DNA from: Podarcis pityusensis | Lineage: Eukaryota | Length of the DNA: 64,000 nt | Reading direction: 5' to 3' (one strand) | NCBI GenBank assembly: GCA_964106645.2 | Contig: OZ067045.1 | Shown here: positions 12,707 through 26,984 of the stretch, in pieces | How the letters are laid out: each line of letters opens with the position of its first letter | Position numbering within the stretch: position 1 is the first letter of the stretch | The notes under the pieces: generated by a model | What the model saw: only the letters and a program-made list of their open reading frames with translations | The model's database searches: none | What the model was told of the DNA's origin: nothing | Made by a program: the position numbers and the translations under genes

Positions 12707-13531
12707 GATTTATTCTACTGGATTTGTAGTTGGGTTTGTTTTCCTGGCTGTCATGAGAACGCAAGAACATTAAAAGAGCCCAGCTGGAGAAGGCCAAAGG
12801 CCCATCTATTCCAGCATCCTTTTCCTACAGTGGCCAACCAGATGCCTGTGGGAGGTATTGTCTTTTAAGCCTGTTGGTTTTCTTACTCTCTTTATTTGCG
12901 CCTGGATAATTAGTTTTGAGGCACCTCGTAAATTGACATGTAATAATAATTTGGGGAAAAAATCTAAATAGCGCCAATCTCCACCCTCCCTGCTGTGTCT
13001 AGATATGCACCCAGTTGTAGGGCAGGTCCCAAACTATGTGCATTGTGAGCTAGTGTTCTTCTACTTCGCATAGATAAACATCACATTTGCCATGAATATT
13101 TATTTATGTGCAGTGCTTCAGATTTCCTGGTGTTACATGCTCTCCACATTCCTGAGCTGTGAGATGTTCTGGGGACAACGCTGAACCAGGTTTGTTTTTC
13201 TCTGGATCAGAGAGCGCTGCAGATGGAGGGTGTACTTTCCTTTATTTACAGAGAGCTGAAATGGAAGCAGTGGATCTGCTCCTCCACATGAGATCCCCAG
13301 GGAGAGGCCCTATATTTCCAAGGTGCCTTCAATTAACTCACAACTCTCCTGCTCCTGCTGTTGCCCTCCATCTTCCAAACAACAGAAATATTTTTCTTTT
13401 CTTCTCTCCTTTCCCCGCTTACTCCTCCACCCCTAGCATCCACCTGCCCCTTCAGCTGAGTCATCTTTCTCAAGCTCTGATGTGCATGCCACTCACACAT
13501 ATATCAGTTTGCAGCAATTGCCTAACCACTA

Positions 13532-13748
13532 CAGTGGTACCTCGGGTTAAGAACTTAATTTGTTCCGGAGGTTCATTCTTAAACTGAAACTGTTCTTAAC
13601 CTGAAGACCACTTTAGCTAATGGGGCCTCCCGCTGCTGCCGCTGCGCAATTTCTGTTCTCATCCTGAAGCAAAGTTCTTAACCCAAGGTACTAGTTCTGG
13701 GTTAGCGGAGTCTGTAACCTGAAGCGTCTGTAACCCGAGGTACCACTG
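13532..13748. mobile_element. Tc1/mariner MITE, same family, opposite orientation
   Basis: Same TIRs, TA TSD. Confidence 0.9.
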
Positions 13749-15747
13749 TATTGGATTTGTGGCTGTTAACTATGAACTCCACGTCTGATGCATCAATTGC
13801 TCAGTTTGTTGGGCGCTGCATAAACTGGGGTTTTCGTTGCAAAGTGACTGCAAAACTTTGGCACAGGTTTGGAGGGGGAGCTCAAATTTGGGGGTTCGTA
13901 CTTAGTAAGCCTGCTCACATTGATGTTCTCTCAATCGACCAGCAGTCCACCTAATAGGGGAGTGCTCAGTCAGTGGGCACAACAATATTATTATAACACA
14001 CTGAACAAAGCAATTGAAAGTGGCCTATGGCCATCCTCATATAGGCATGCTTGTTACTTGATGACTGCAACATTAAGTGATGACTTGTGTGTGTGATGTA
14101 GCCGTTGTCAATCATGCACCTAGGACAGAACATTCATATTGCCTCCAGAGCAAATGCTTTTCAGTGGAGGCAGTTAATCTGGTCTGGATGTGCAGCTGAG
14201 TGAGATGGAAGAGTGGGCTCCCATCATTCAGACTGTTCTGCTTTATAGAAACAAAACACAATGTTCTCAAGAAGCAGGGAAGACCAGCCTGCAAGGGAGA
14301 ATGGGGCACCTACCCTACCGGCCTCATCCTGCCTTCAGCCAGCAACCACCTACCTGCCTTCGCAGCAGAGAGGAAGAGGAAGATGGGGACAAAACTGGAA
14401 TCATTTGGCTTCGCCTGTTGTTAGCTCTGGATTCACCTACTGTTTGGACTCCTTGTCTTCTGCCCCACTGGGTGCCCCAATGGGCACCAGCCACTGCTGC
14501 CAACAAATAAAGAAAACTAGCATAGCAAAAAGCAAGATTTTTCTCCCTGTTGTGCTGGCTTTCTACCTGCAGGGAGCTGTGTGTGTATTTTAATGTAGGC
14601 AGTCATTTGCAAATATGATCCCCACCTCCTGCCAGCCTGAAATGCATTCTGCCTCCTTGCTCTGCTGCTTGTGTAGATCTGGCCTTGGAAACTGGCAAAT
14701 AATGTGGTGTGAGTTCGCCTTAAGTGTAGGACAGTCTTGCTACATTTTTGTGACAGAGGATACTGTTCCAAAAGCCCAGGGCGCCTGTTTCTCTCTCTGC
14801 TAAGCCCATGTCAAGAGCGCATGGGATCTCAGGCGCCCACACAGGGTCTGTTTCCCTTCGGAGAATGGAAGACACAGCTTTAAGAAATATGGTTTTATTC
14901 ACACATTTTCACCTTCAGTCTGCATGGAGGATCTTACAGCATGGCCCAAGCATTGCAGGCAGTCCTTCCTTCTCCCTTGCCAAGATGGATCTCAGCCTTT
15001 CTTCCCAGATGCCCTCCTCCAGAGCACTTACCGTGGCAACTTTCCAAATCTCCAGTCTCTGGTCACACCTGGGACAAGAAGTTCCATTGTCTTGTTAACA
15101 ACCCACAATGGCTCTCTTAACGGCCCTAGTCTGGCCCGGCTACCCAGGAATACCTTTGCATCTTATATTCTCCCTTCATATCACAAATAACCCCAAATCG
15201 TAGCACTTATTCATTTAATGTTTAAGGGGACCCCCAGTTCTGTAACAATACTTCCCCCCCTTCACCATCCTTCCTCCACAATGCCCAAGACCCCTGCATG
15301 ATCCATTGTTCTCTGAAGCAATCTTCTTAACATCCTTGCCTTTTTTCATTCTGCTAGAAAATCCTGCATGCCTCACACAAGGCACTCTCCACCAGCTTTC
15401 TAATTTGGGCTTTGCATTATACTCTGGATTTATTTTTAACACCTCGGGTTCAAATGTTTCTTTTCTTTCCTTTTTTTGCACGGGCCAAAATAAGCTCCTA
15501 ATTTTTAAGCGCTTCCTCCTTTGAAGGAGATGAAAAATATTTTAAATTCAGCTGTTTTTTTAAAACAAAAAAATAGCTCATTTATAAGCCTCTTTGGTAC
15601 CCTGCTCCTCCTCCATTACTCTTTCCAGTTGCATTTGTTTGTTGCTGTTGGGTAATAATAGATTTCTCTCCCCTGCTGCCTTTCCTATAGAAATGAGGCC
15701 TCCTGCCTAGCTTACCTCTTTATTTGTGTTCTACCATCATTTATTAA

Positions 15748-15768
15748 GTCAGCACAGCGGTCAGCGCC
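15748..15768 (+). promoter_or_regulatory. Candidate RE1/NRSE (REST-binding) element
   Basis: GTCAGCACAGCGGTCAGCGCC versus consensus TTCAGCACCnnGGACAGCGCC. Canonical spacing, two core mismatches, in non-repetitive sequence. Confidence 0.55.
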
Positions 15769-16844
15769 TAGGAAGAGGGCGTGTTAGGTAACTTGAGGTC
15801 CCTCCGCTGCAACAAGAACATCCACTTTGAAGGGTTCGCTGCACAGTGAGCTGCCTTTTTCCCAGAGTAGGGAACGGTGACTTTTCTCTACAGCGGGTCT
15901 ATGTTGTTAGTTTTCCCTTCCTTTTTTTAAAAAACGAAAAAACCTTCCCCTCAGACATCTGTAGGACACGGATCTCTGGATGGAGATTTAAAGAGACAGC
16001 AACATCTCCGAGCATCTTAGCATCAGGAAGCCTCCCTGTCAAGGCTAAGAGAAAGCGTATTTTTAAGTCGCCAGATTTCAGAAGGCCCGGCCAGACTCAC
16101 ATTTCTGCTCTCGCCACTGAGGTGGTGCTGAGGACGTCTCAGATGATTTATTTCTAAGGGGCCCCGCAACTGCAGTGACTAATGTGCCTTGTGTGTCTCT
16201 GCTTTAGATCTGCCCAGGGATTTGATTTCAGAGATAACTGGGCCTGACAGGCAAGACAGCACACTGAGTGCGGAGGGGAAAGGAGAGAGAGGGGAACCGG
16301 GAGAGAGGCAGCCAGAGAAGGGGAAAGGGAACTCGGAAGAGAAGGAGCCAGCAGGCACCAATTACTTTTGCAAAGTGCTACCACTTCTCTTTAGTTACCT
16401 CCAGTAGATAGGGAAAGATTAGATCTTCCTGCCGTTTGCCTGTTGGTGGCAGGCTCTCCTTGCGCCCGACCCTTTTTGACAACCCAGCTCTGGACTGCCT
16501 TGTCTGGATCATCTCATGCCACAGCAAAGCTGCGGATTCCCAAAGGAGGATTTATTGGAATTTCAAGGACATATCCCCTCATAGCACTTTGCAAGTGGCG
16601 CTTCTGAGTCAGGAGGCCGTTCAGAGCAGGCAACCGTCTGCATTATTTTTTTATTTATCATTTGTTTTTTTTAAAATGTTATTTGTTCCAGTTATGAATT
16701 GCTTCCTGTGAAATAACTTGGAGGAATTTCAAAATACAGTTCACACACACGCACGCACACTCATACACCCCAACTGCATATATTTAAAAAGTAAGAACAA
16801 GAGCCAGCGAGGTGCAGCGGGTATAGTGTTGGACTAGGGCTTGG

Positions 16845-17164
16845 ATAGTATAAACACCAACAACTGGGAAACACTGGTCTGCGAGTGCTCCAATTGGAGA
16901 ACAGCCTTTACCAAAGGTTTCATGGGCTTTGAAGATGCTCGAACTCAGGATGAAAGGGAGAAATGTGCTAAGAGGAAGGTTCGCTTGGCAAACCATCACT
17001 GTGATCAACTCCTGCCTGGAAACCTATGTCCCCACTGTTGAAGGACTTGTGGATCCAGAATTAGCCTCCACAGTCACGGACTCACTGTTAAAACCGTGTT
17101 TATGGAAGACAATCTTACTTGTCTATGAGTGATCACCAAAGTAGAGGAAGAATAAAAAGAAGAA
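16845..17164 (+). mobile_element. 3' fragment of the same RTE family, inserted in a tRNA-derived SINE
   Basis: Aligns by eye to 26295-26600. The SINE head is at 16801-16844 and resumes at 17165 (GGGAGACCAGGGTTCGAATCCC). Confidence 0.88.
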
Positions 17165-17305
17165 GGGAGACCAGGGTTCGAATCCCCACTCAGCCATGAA
17201 GCTCACTGGGTGACCTTGCGCTTGTCACACGCCTTATGTGTATGCCACCTTTCCATAGTTAAAACTATGTTCAAGGCAGCTTACAACATGAAAAGATTTA
17301 CATAA

Positions 17306-17705
17306 TTAGAAACACGACAGGAGCCAATCCAGCAGTAAATCACACCCAACAAGTGGAGTTAACTCTTTCAGGCTCTGCACAGGAGTATTAGACCTAATAA
17401 GCACAGCAACTCTTCCTTGGTAGGTCTTGCCCCAACATGAAGCAGTTGCTGAGACTGAAGGCTCCCTGCAGCTGCCTAAGTCCCCTTCTCTGCAGGGTTT
17501 TCCCCAAGCAATCAGAGACTGTGCCTGCGTTCTAGCTAACTCCTCTTCTGCCCTGCTCACTTAGGCCTGTTACCTCTTCAGCTTCTGACACCTCCACTTC
17601 CCAGTCTTCTCCTTCTTCCAGTCCCCGGGCTCTGAACCTTCTTCCCTTGGGGATTCCCCAGCTGGTTCTCCCCACCATTCCTCTGCGTCCAACTGGTCTA
17701 TGACA
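17306..17705 (-). mobile_element. Probable solo LTR
   Basis: 400-bp GC-richer insert beginning TGTCATAG on the minus strand. It splits an AT-rich repeat also present uninterrupted at ~3470-3600 and is flanked by TTACATAA / TTGCATAA. No terminal CA at the other end. Confidence 0.5.
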
Positions 17706-20700
17706 TTGCATAACAAAAGTAGTCATAAACAGTAAATAAAACGCATCAAAAAAATAAACAACCAAAATGAAACCAAAGTTTCCATGTAAATCATCTTATC
17801 TAAAAATAAATATACAGATAATCAATATCAATAACAGCAACATAGCCCTCTAAACAATACCCCAGCCCAAGAATCTGTCCAGCAACCTTAGCTTTCAGTC
17901 AATCAAGCAGCCAGGGCCCAGCCTCCCAGGCCTGGTGGAAAGAGGCTAGTAAAGCAGAGTGCAGGTTTTCCATATAAAAATGATTTCAAATCCAAAAAGA
18001 CACTAACTGGGATGAAAACAAAATCTCAGCTTTGAAGGCTTATTGAAAGAGGAATGTCTTCAATGGATGCCATAAAAGCAATAGAGATGGCACCTGTCTA
18101 ATACTGTATCCTGCCTTTCAATGCAAACTTCCCCGTAAGGTGGCTTCTAACAAGCGAAGCAAAATAGAATAAAATAAAATATAAACGATCAAAACAGCAA
18201 GAAAGCCACAGCAAAATAGCAGAGCCAGCAGCTATAAGCATATTAAAAGGATCTTTAATACCGTTAATACCACATTAGAGTTCCATTGTGCCATTTCAAA
18301 TATAATTAATTGCAATTATATGGTGGTGACGAAGCCTCTGGCAATGATTGGCTAAGCTATCTTCTTGGTCAAGGGAAGGCGGGACAGGGAGAGGTTTTCT
18401 GGCTGCCACTGGCTGAGCACCTCAGACCCTGAGAGCCACAGGGCAAATTAAAGGACCCCGGAAATGAGCAGGTAGTTGGATCTTAAGAAGGGGGCAGATG
18501 CTGTGGATCAGGTGAGTCTAGAGCAGGAGCAGATAACATGTGGCCTTCCGGATACTGCTGGACTGCAGCTTCTATGATCTACAATTCCCATCATCTTGAA
18601 GCACTGATGGGCATTTGAGTCCATGGATTTGTGTCCAAATGGATTGTAGTTCCATTTTTGTTTCTCAAGCTGTTCTCTGACCATAATAAATTTCAAGGTA
18701 ATGAGTCCAACAATATGTCTAGGAACACAGGCTCCCCCATCCATGGCCTTCCAGGAAAAAGTGCAAAGCAAGAAGAGCAGGGACGGAGAAGGAACACAAT
18801 TTTTAAAGTCAGAAATTAGCCGTTGTGGAAATATGTGTTCTTATTTGCCTGATGGAAAAGGAAAGTTTTCAGCAGACTTTAAAGAATTGAAACAGAAGGT
18901 GCCTGCTGATGTCTCTATTGGCAGAATGTTCCACAAGATGGTCTCTTAAGATGTTTTTATGTAGTGCAGTTTCCATCCAAACCATTCTAGAAACCAAACT
19001 GGTTCAGGGTCAATGCATGGGACATTCTGTGCCTTAAAAGCTAGAGCCGGTGTGAAGGAGCAAGGAGGAAAGAGGGGATGACACTGGTGGAATTGGGGGT
19101 GAGCAAAAGGGCCCTCCGGTCCCCTTGCTTATTGTGATGTCCCTGTTCCTAGAAGACTACAAGGGGGTTGTGGTGTTGGTGAAATTTGGGCGAGCCAGGG
19201 TGGAATATGCTCTTTGCACATAATTTGAACACTGGGGAAAGCTGATACAACAGGCAAAGGAGCAGGGTTGGGGAGTGTGTGGTCCTCTCAGTGTTGTTGC
19301 AACTCCTATCAGCCCCAGCCAGCATGACCAATGGTCAGGGATGGTGGCGGTTGGAGTCCCAACCACTTTGGGAGGACCACAGCTCCCCCATCACTGCTTT
19401 GGAGGAAGCGGGATTTGAAAAGGGGGGAAAGCCTGCAGGGAGCAAGAATGCAAAGCAGCTTGTTGCTCAGCCCAGATCCAAGAGCTGTGGATGCTCTTGA
19501 AGCCTGACAATGCTCTCATAAGCAAGCAGGAAGTCCGGGTTGGCAGAAGCAAGTATAGAACCTGCAGGACTGCAGCTATTCTCCATGCGTTCAGCAGCCT
19601 GGAGTTGCTCTCTGTAACAGACGGGGAGAGTTCCTTCTTTGAAAACCGGTACCTAGTCCTGAGAAGCCTCAGTGAAAGATCAACATGGGACAGATACAAG
19701 AGTGTCACTAAGACATCGGTCTTCTCCAGTCACCCCATCCCTCGCTGCAGTTGTAGGGGGGATCCATAGGAGGACGGTCGCATGACAGACTCCTTTTGCA
19801 GCTCATCAAAGTCATGCTGGCAGCAGAATCCATCTGACATTGGACGCCTGCAGTAAGTCAAGTTCCATGTTGATCCCAAGATGAAGTGACTGCAGAAGTC
19901 GGTACACAGAGGAGGAGGAGGAGGAAAAAAGTGACAGCTTGAATCAACCCAAGGATATTACCGCTTAATGGATCTCCCGGAGCAGAGCTGAGAGAGGCTG
20001 CAGACCTTGAAACTGTGGCCGTTCGGTTTTGTGCCAGGAGATGGATGGGCCGCTGGTCTGACTCGGCGCAAGATGGCTTCTGGACAGCCACCTTCCACCA
20101 ATGGTTGGGGGAAAAGCAACAATGGCATTTCATTTTCATCGGCCGGGACCTGAACCCCAGGAGGGCTGCCAGTCATAATGAGTGTCAGTGGCTGCTGAAG
20201 TGTTTCATTATCTGTGTGTTCCAGAAGGGGTTTAGCAACTCTGATGTTTGATCACTCTTGACTAAAAATGGTTGCGAATATATGAGGCCTAACATTATGG
20301 GGGCACCGTTGTAATGTTTCTAAGTGCTGCCTAAGTCCAGCAACAGAAACCACATCTTCTTGGATTTGACGGATTGAGCCATTTAGTCTGTTGTGCTAAA
20401 GGAGTTTGGCAGCATCCTGATGTCCTAACTCATCCGCATGTTGTCTTTCTGTGCCACAGTGCAATTGTTGGTCTTCAAGGCCTTTGTAGAATGATGTGAG
20501 GACTGTTACTCAGCAGAGCAGCATCTCATACCTTAAGATACTTTAATAACTTGTTTGGTTTTCTTCCTTTTTTGTGCTCTTGAGTTCCTGTGGCTCCCAC
20601 AGCAGCGGGTCCAAAAAACACACATTTGTTTTGTTTTGTTACCTTCCCCTACGCCAGCTTTGAGGTGGATGGGACTTTAAGCCAGGCTAAGTACTGTCTT

Positions 20701-21334
20701 TTAAACACGGGTGAGAGAAGCTCGGTGGGTGTCCTGGAAGCTGTCAGCTTGGCGCCTTTATAACTATGCTCCCCTACCTGGTGGCAGGAGAGGCGGAGGG
20801 TTTGGGCGGTCAAGTTGATAAAAACCTGGCACATTTGCAGTCTCAAACAAGATAAATGGAGTGAGGCCGATAGCAATGCTGGCGGCGTGAATCCATTACA
20901 CAGTGAGCGATTGCAGAGATGATCATTAGTATTTATTATCTGCATGCCTGGATTTTTCTGCCTTTGAAACAGCACTTCCGAGGCAGCCACACTGCTCCCC
21001 ACGCACCTGTTGCAAGCCTGTGGGAGTTCTGCTCTGGTGCCATCGGGAAGCAGGCGATCCTGGTGGGAAGCGAGTGAGGAGAAGTGTCGCGGAGATCCAG
21101 CTTCTGATCTGCCTCCAGTGCCTAACCCTGGAGAAGTGAGGAAACAACAGCTGCTAAACGGTTACAAGCAGGGGAAACTGAGGGCCTCCAGATCTCGTTG
21201 GACTACAACTCCCATCAACCCTGGCTGTTGGGACGTAGGAAGCTGCCTTATGCCAATCAGTCTGCCTAAATCAGTAATGCCATCACTGAGTATCAGAAGC
21301 CAACACAATCAGACAGATGATTTGCCTGGACATA

Positions 21335-21557
21335 CAGTGGTACCTCGGGTTAAGAACTTAATTCATTCTGGAGGTCTGTTCTTAACCTGAAACTGTTCTT
21401 AACCGGAGGTACCACTTTAGCTAATGGGGCCTCTTGCTGCCACCGTGCCGCCACCATGCAATTTCTGTTCTCATCCTGAGATACTATTTCTGGGTTAGCG
21501 GAGTCTGTAACCTGAAGCGTCTGTAACCTGAAGCATCTGTAACCCCAGGTACCACTG
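21335..21557. mobile_element. Tc1/mariner MITE, same family
   Basis: Same TIRs, TA TSD. Confidence 0.9.
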
Positions 21558-22054
21558 TATTGGGAAAAGAACCAGGGATGCTCCATCATTGCGCTACGGC
21601 CATTCTGTCTAACAACATCTGGAGGGACACAGTTCTCCATCACCACTTCTCTGAGTTAGGTTTTTGTTGTTTTTCCTCTGGAGGCATGTTTACATCCCAT
21701 GTCCCTTTTCTAAGAACGTAAGTAGAGCCTGCTGCATCAGGCCAATTACCCATCTAGTCCAGCACCCTGTTCTCACAGTGGCCTACAAGATGCTTGTGGT
21801 ATTCCAGCAAACAGGACCAGAGCATGAGAGCAGTCTCCTGTCCTGTGGTTTGTAGCAACTGGTATTCAGAAGCATTATTGCCTCTGACCATGGAAGGCAG
21901 AGCACAGCTATTATGACTAGCAGCCGCTGATAGCCTCTACTCCCCCCACCCCTTTTTCCAATCTTCTTTTAAAACCATCCAAGTTGGTAGCCATCACTGC
22001 CTCCTGTGGGAACAAGTTTCGCAGAGTCCATTCTATGTGCTGCGCGAAGACGTA

Positions 22055-22278
22055 CAGTCATACCTCGGGTTACAGACGCTTCAGGTTGCGTTTTTTTGGG
22101 TTACGGACCCACCGAAACCCGGAAGTACCGGAACGGGTTACTTCCGGGTTTCGGCAGTCGCACATGCACAGAAGCGCTAAATCGCACTTTGCGCATGCGC
22201 AGAAGTGCCAAATCACAACGCTGTGTGTTGTGAACGTGCATCCCACATGGATCATGTCCGCAACTCGAGCATCCACTG
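22055..22278. mobile_element. Related Tc1/mariner MITE with internal palindrome
   Basis: TA-CAGTCATACCTCGGGTTAC ... GCAACTCGAGCATCCACTG-TA; internal CCGAAACCCGGAAGTA..TACTTCCGGGTTTCGG. Confidence 0.8.
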
Positions 22279-24208
22279 TACTTTCTTTTTCACTCGCCAT
22301 TTCAATAAGACTTACTTGCAAGATCGTTTACATTTCCTTTGAAAAGTTTAAAATGCTGCATTTTAGCTGGCTGGCGATCTTAAAAATTTGCGTTTGAGAT
22401 GGCTGAAGCTCATCTCAAAGTTGAACCTTTTCAATTAAGAATGAGTTCGGCGGAGCTGAGACTCCCCCCCCCCCCCCAGCAACCTTCCTGAATTTATTTA
22501 GTACCTTCTGTACAGATTTTTTAATTGTGAACTATTTTGGCAACCCATCGCTTTTGAACAGTGGGTTGTAACAGCACAACAATATAACTAATGGCTGCAA
22601 ATGGCAAAGGGACAGATTTGGGGGGGACATTTCCTAAAGGCAAGAGCTTATCTGAGAGTGAAGCCGACTGCCTCAGGAGCTGGTGGCGACAGAAGCAGAA
22701 TATGGATGGTCATCCATCAGGGGGTGCTATGTTTGCAAGACGCCTGTGCTGAGCAGGGGATTGGAGCAGATGACCTCTGAAATGAAGATATGGGAGCATT
22801 CCAAATCATTTGTCCATTCACACACAGAGAGAATAGTACATCTGGCCGAAAAGCAACAAAAGGAGATCTGCATTGAAAGTTGCAATGCATCCCTAACTAC
22901 TATTAGTGCATAATTATGCAGTTGTTGTACAATCTTAGAAAACAGCGTGGCTGTGAAGGGGAATGACTATCATGAAGGGACCCTGAACTTCTGAATTTGC
23001 CCTAATTTATACCCTGCTTTCTTCAACTTCCATTACACCTGGCAAGGCACAACCTGCCCCCCCCCCCACCGCAAAGGGATGCAGTGTGAACTTAGACCAT
23101 GGCCTAAAGACAAGGGGCTAATCCCCCACCCACTTCTTTCCTCATTTGTGGGCTTTTGCTTCAACTTGCGTCATGTAGTTCTGCGAATGTTTCCTTGCCT
23201 ACAAGTTCCCGTAACTACAAATGCCCTCAACGGGAGGTGGCTGCATTTACCTAGCAGGGGAAAGTGTTTTGTGCCTGGCTTACTCATTGGGGATTGTAGC
23301 TGATGGAGATGTGGCCTTGTTAACTTTGCATTTCCCTCTGCCCCCTCCCTCTTTGGAGTTGTAGGAACGTCTTCTCGTCTTCTCGTTCTTGTTAAAAGAG
23401 CCCTCTGGGAATGTAGAGCTGAGTGTTGTGCACCGTGCCCCCTTCTCAGGGCTGCTTTGTAAACTGACTTCTAGAAAATGGTACCCTCCTCAAAAACTTG
23501 CCTGCCGTGCTACTTGGGACAGTCCTGCCAGCTATTGATGGGAGACCATTGCCTGCCTCAGCCGGCTCAACCTCTCAGGTTAGAAGTGCAAACTCCCACC
23601 CAATATGCAGTGATGTTTATGCATTTATCTTAAAATGTTGGCACACCATCGTCACAAGGCATTTTACGAAAACGGGAATGGCAACAAATTTGTTAGCGAA
23701 ACAACCAGCAGATGATAAGGCAGCTGAAAGGCAGAGAGTTTAAAATACTGAAAAGACAGTAGAAATGTTTTAAAATGCATGGGTAAATAATAAATCATTT
23801 TGCCCAGTGCCTAAAGGACAAGAGTTCATGCTCAATGATACTTCCTTGAGGAGGGCATTCCATAGCTGCTGTGCCACTAGCAGAAAACCCCTCTTTCCGT
23901 CAGTGTGCTAAACTAAACACCAGCTCTGATAGAGGTGGTATTTGGAGAGGCATTGGCTGATGATCTTGGCATGCAGGCAGACAGAAGCCTGCTGAATCAA
24001 ATCTAGTTCCCACAATGACCAACTAGATGCCTCTGAGAAGCTCACAAGCGTCCCAATCTCTTTAGGGCTGTAAAGATAAGCCGCCGTCACCATGATTTGT
24101 GTTTATATGGTTTACGTTGTTCCTACTTGAGGTCATTTGGAAGGGGAAAGGAGGCCAACACAATTACGTTTCCTCTTTCTGGGCCCAAATTGGGCCCTAA
24201 CTAACAAA

Positions 24209-24944
24209 ATGAATTTCAAGGTTTTCACATTATCAGGAATAGCCAGCTGCACAAATACAAGAAGGAGGACATCTGCCTTGCCAGTAGTACATGTGATCTA
24301 GGGGTTTTAGTAGACCACAAACTTAACATGAGTTAACAGTGTGACACAGCAGCAAAAATAGCTAATGCTATTTTAGGCTGCATCAACAAAAGTATAAAGT
24401 CCTGATCAAGCGACGTAATAGTATTGCTCTATTCTGCCTTGGTCAGACTGTACCTGGAGTACTGTGTCCAGTTCTGGGTGCCCCAATTTAAGAAGGCTAT
24501 TGACAACTAGAATGTGTGCAGAGGAGGGCAACCAAGATGATCAGGGGTCTGGAAACCAAGCCTTATGAGGAATGGTTGAGGGAGCTGGGTATGTTTAGCC
24601 TGGAAAAGAGGTGACTGAGTGGAGATGTGATAGCCGTCTGTAAATATCTCAAGGGTTGTCACATGGAAGATGGATCAAGCTTGTTCTCTCTTGCTCCAGA
24701 GGGTGAGACTCAAACTAATGGATTCAAGTTACAAGAAATGAGTTTCTGACTAAACTTCCTGACAGTAAGAGCTGTTTGACAGTGGAACAGTCTCCCTCAG
24801 AAGGTTGTGGACTGTCCTTCCTTGGAGGTTTTTAAGCAGAGGTTGGATGGCCACCTGTCATGTATGCTTTAGCTGAGATTCCTGCATTGCAGGGGGTTGG
24901 GCTAGATGACCCTTGGGTACCTTCCAACGCTGTAATTCTATGAT
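24209..24944 (+). mobile_element. CR1 LINE, 5'-truncated
   Basis: Degenerate [41 protein letters not shown] and CR1 3' end ATTCTATGAT. Confidence 0.92.
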
Positions 24945-25702
24945 CCTTCCCCTCCCTACCCTTAGGCAGGGCCAGCACTTGACCATTGCCTTCTGTGACT
25001 GGGGATATTCCCCAGTTATGAAGGGAAGCCGGAGCTGCTTTGGGGAAGGAGGTGTAGGATGATTTCAGTGCCTCTGTTTTCCTGCAAGGGCAAAGAGGGT
25101 ATTTCTTGTATGCAGAGATAGTCCCTCCTACCTCCTACCTTGCTGTCCTCATTCCTTGCTTGGGCTCCCAGCATGTCTGAACCTGTGTGTGGGCATTTTA
25201 CCAAGAGAGATTCTTTCCCTTCCTGTCTATTCCTAATAGACCACTTTTTTTTCTCTCGCCTGCAACTCTGAACTCAGCAGCTTCAGTTTAGATCCTGCTG
25301 ACTTCCTCAGTCTTACCATAGCCTAAGACGGTGATTAACACTCCAAGGCATCATTCATGTTCACAGTTTAGATGCCTGTGGCTGCAAATCCTGCTGCTTT
25401 TGAGGAGACATCTGTTAGCTTTAATTCCACTCAGGCCTGTATTACTAGAATATCCCTTCAGGCTATGACAGACTTTTAATGGGACACAGAGCCAGTAGGA
25501 TGGACAATCTATCCACTCTAATGGAACTTTGAAGATCCTATTAGAACCTTGAGGAATCTAGATTTTTTTACTCCTTAAAATAGAGAAGTGAAGATTCTAG
25601 CTCTCGTGATGCTACAAATGGGTTTCAAGGGTTTGGTAGCAAAAAAAATGGACTACAAGTGATGAGGTCCTATATGTTTTGAGGGTTGGGTTTCACCGCT
25701 TG

Positions 25703-26600
25703 ACAGCTTCAAGAAAAATGCAGAGAGCAAAACCAACCCCTGTATATGGTGTTTATTGACCTGACTAAGGCTTTCAACACTGTAAATCGTAATGCCCTGT
25801 GGACTGTCCTTCTGAAAACTGGCTGCCCAGATAAATTTGTAAACATCATCCGGCTCCTCCATGATAATATGACAGCAACAATCGCAGATAACAATGGCTC
25901 TCAAAATGAACCATTCACAGTGGGATCAGGTGTTAAACAGGGTTGTGTTATTGCCCCAACTCTGTTCATTATTTTCATTGCCATGATCCTACACTCTGTC
26001 GAAGGGAAACTCCCCACCGGAGTAGAAATCCATTAACGGTGTCTCCGAAAAATTTTACACATCACTTGGGAAGACAGGCAAACTAATGTCAGTGTACTGG
26101 AAGAAGCAAAGATCACCAGTGTTGAAGCAATGATTCTTCAACATCAACTTCGTTGGACTGGTCATGTTGTGTGGATGCCTGATGATCGTCTTCCAAAGCC
26201 ACTACTCTATTCAGAACTTAAAAATGGAAAGCGTAATGCTGGCAGTCAACAAAAGAGGTTTAAAGACTGTCTCAAGGCAAATCTAAAAAAATGTAGTGTA
26301 AACACTGACAACTGGGAAACACTGGCCTGCGAGTGCTCCAGTTGGAGACACCAAAGGTGTCATGGGCTTTGACGACACTCAAACTCAGGACTCAAGAGAG
26401 AAACATGCTAAGAGGAAGGCACGCTTGGCAAATCCACACCGTGATCAACTCCCACCTAGAATCCAATGCCCCCACTGTGGAAGGACGTATGGATCCAGAA
26501 TTGGCCTCCACAGTCACTTATGGACTCATTGTTAAAACCGTGTTTATGGAAGACAATCTTACTTGGCTATGAGTGATCGCCAAGGAAGAAGAAGAAGAAG
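25703..26600 (+). mobile_element. RTE-clade LINE fragment (distinct from Bov-B) with internal deletion
   Basis: RT motifs QEKCREQN..FIDLTKAFNTV..GVKQGCVIAPTLF, an abrupt jump near 26033 to C-terminal QLRWTGHV..DDRLPK..LYSEL, and a (GAA)n tail. Confidence 0.9.
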
Positions 26601-26984
26601 TTAGGATGCTTGCATTCAAATCTCTGCTCAACTATAGGTAGCCTTGGACATTTCGTAGCCTACGGTGATCTGTCTCCACAAGGTTGTTGTGAAGACCACA
26701 AAAATAAAGGTTGCAACTGTCAAGTTCTTTATATGCCACATTTTTCACAAGTGAATCTGTGAATCTCCAAGTGAGTCTCAAAAAGTGAATTTGTGGTTCA
26801 CACAAAAATCAAAATCAAAAGTACAGTAATACAATAGCCATACATAATAAGGCATATAATTTCACTGCAACATAACACTAAAAATGAATAATCAACAATT
26901 TGTTTAGCCTACATGAACATTTAAGTGCGCATATAGTTCAGCAATAGGTCAGGTCAAAGCATTCATTAAGCAGCTCCCTTACTG

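Noticed and set aside
16189-16407. Collagen-like exon (GKGERGEPGER)
   Set aside because: Only three or four Gly-X-Y triplets arising from a purine-rich tract; no downstream donor.
19391-19900. Coding-looking unique region with ~100-aa ORFs on both strands
   Set aside because: I translated the frames and found no recognisable protein or convincing splice-site pair. BLASTX would settle whether it is a pseudogene.
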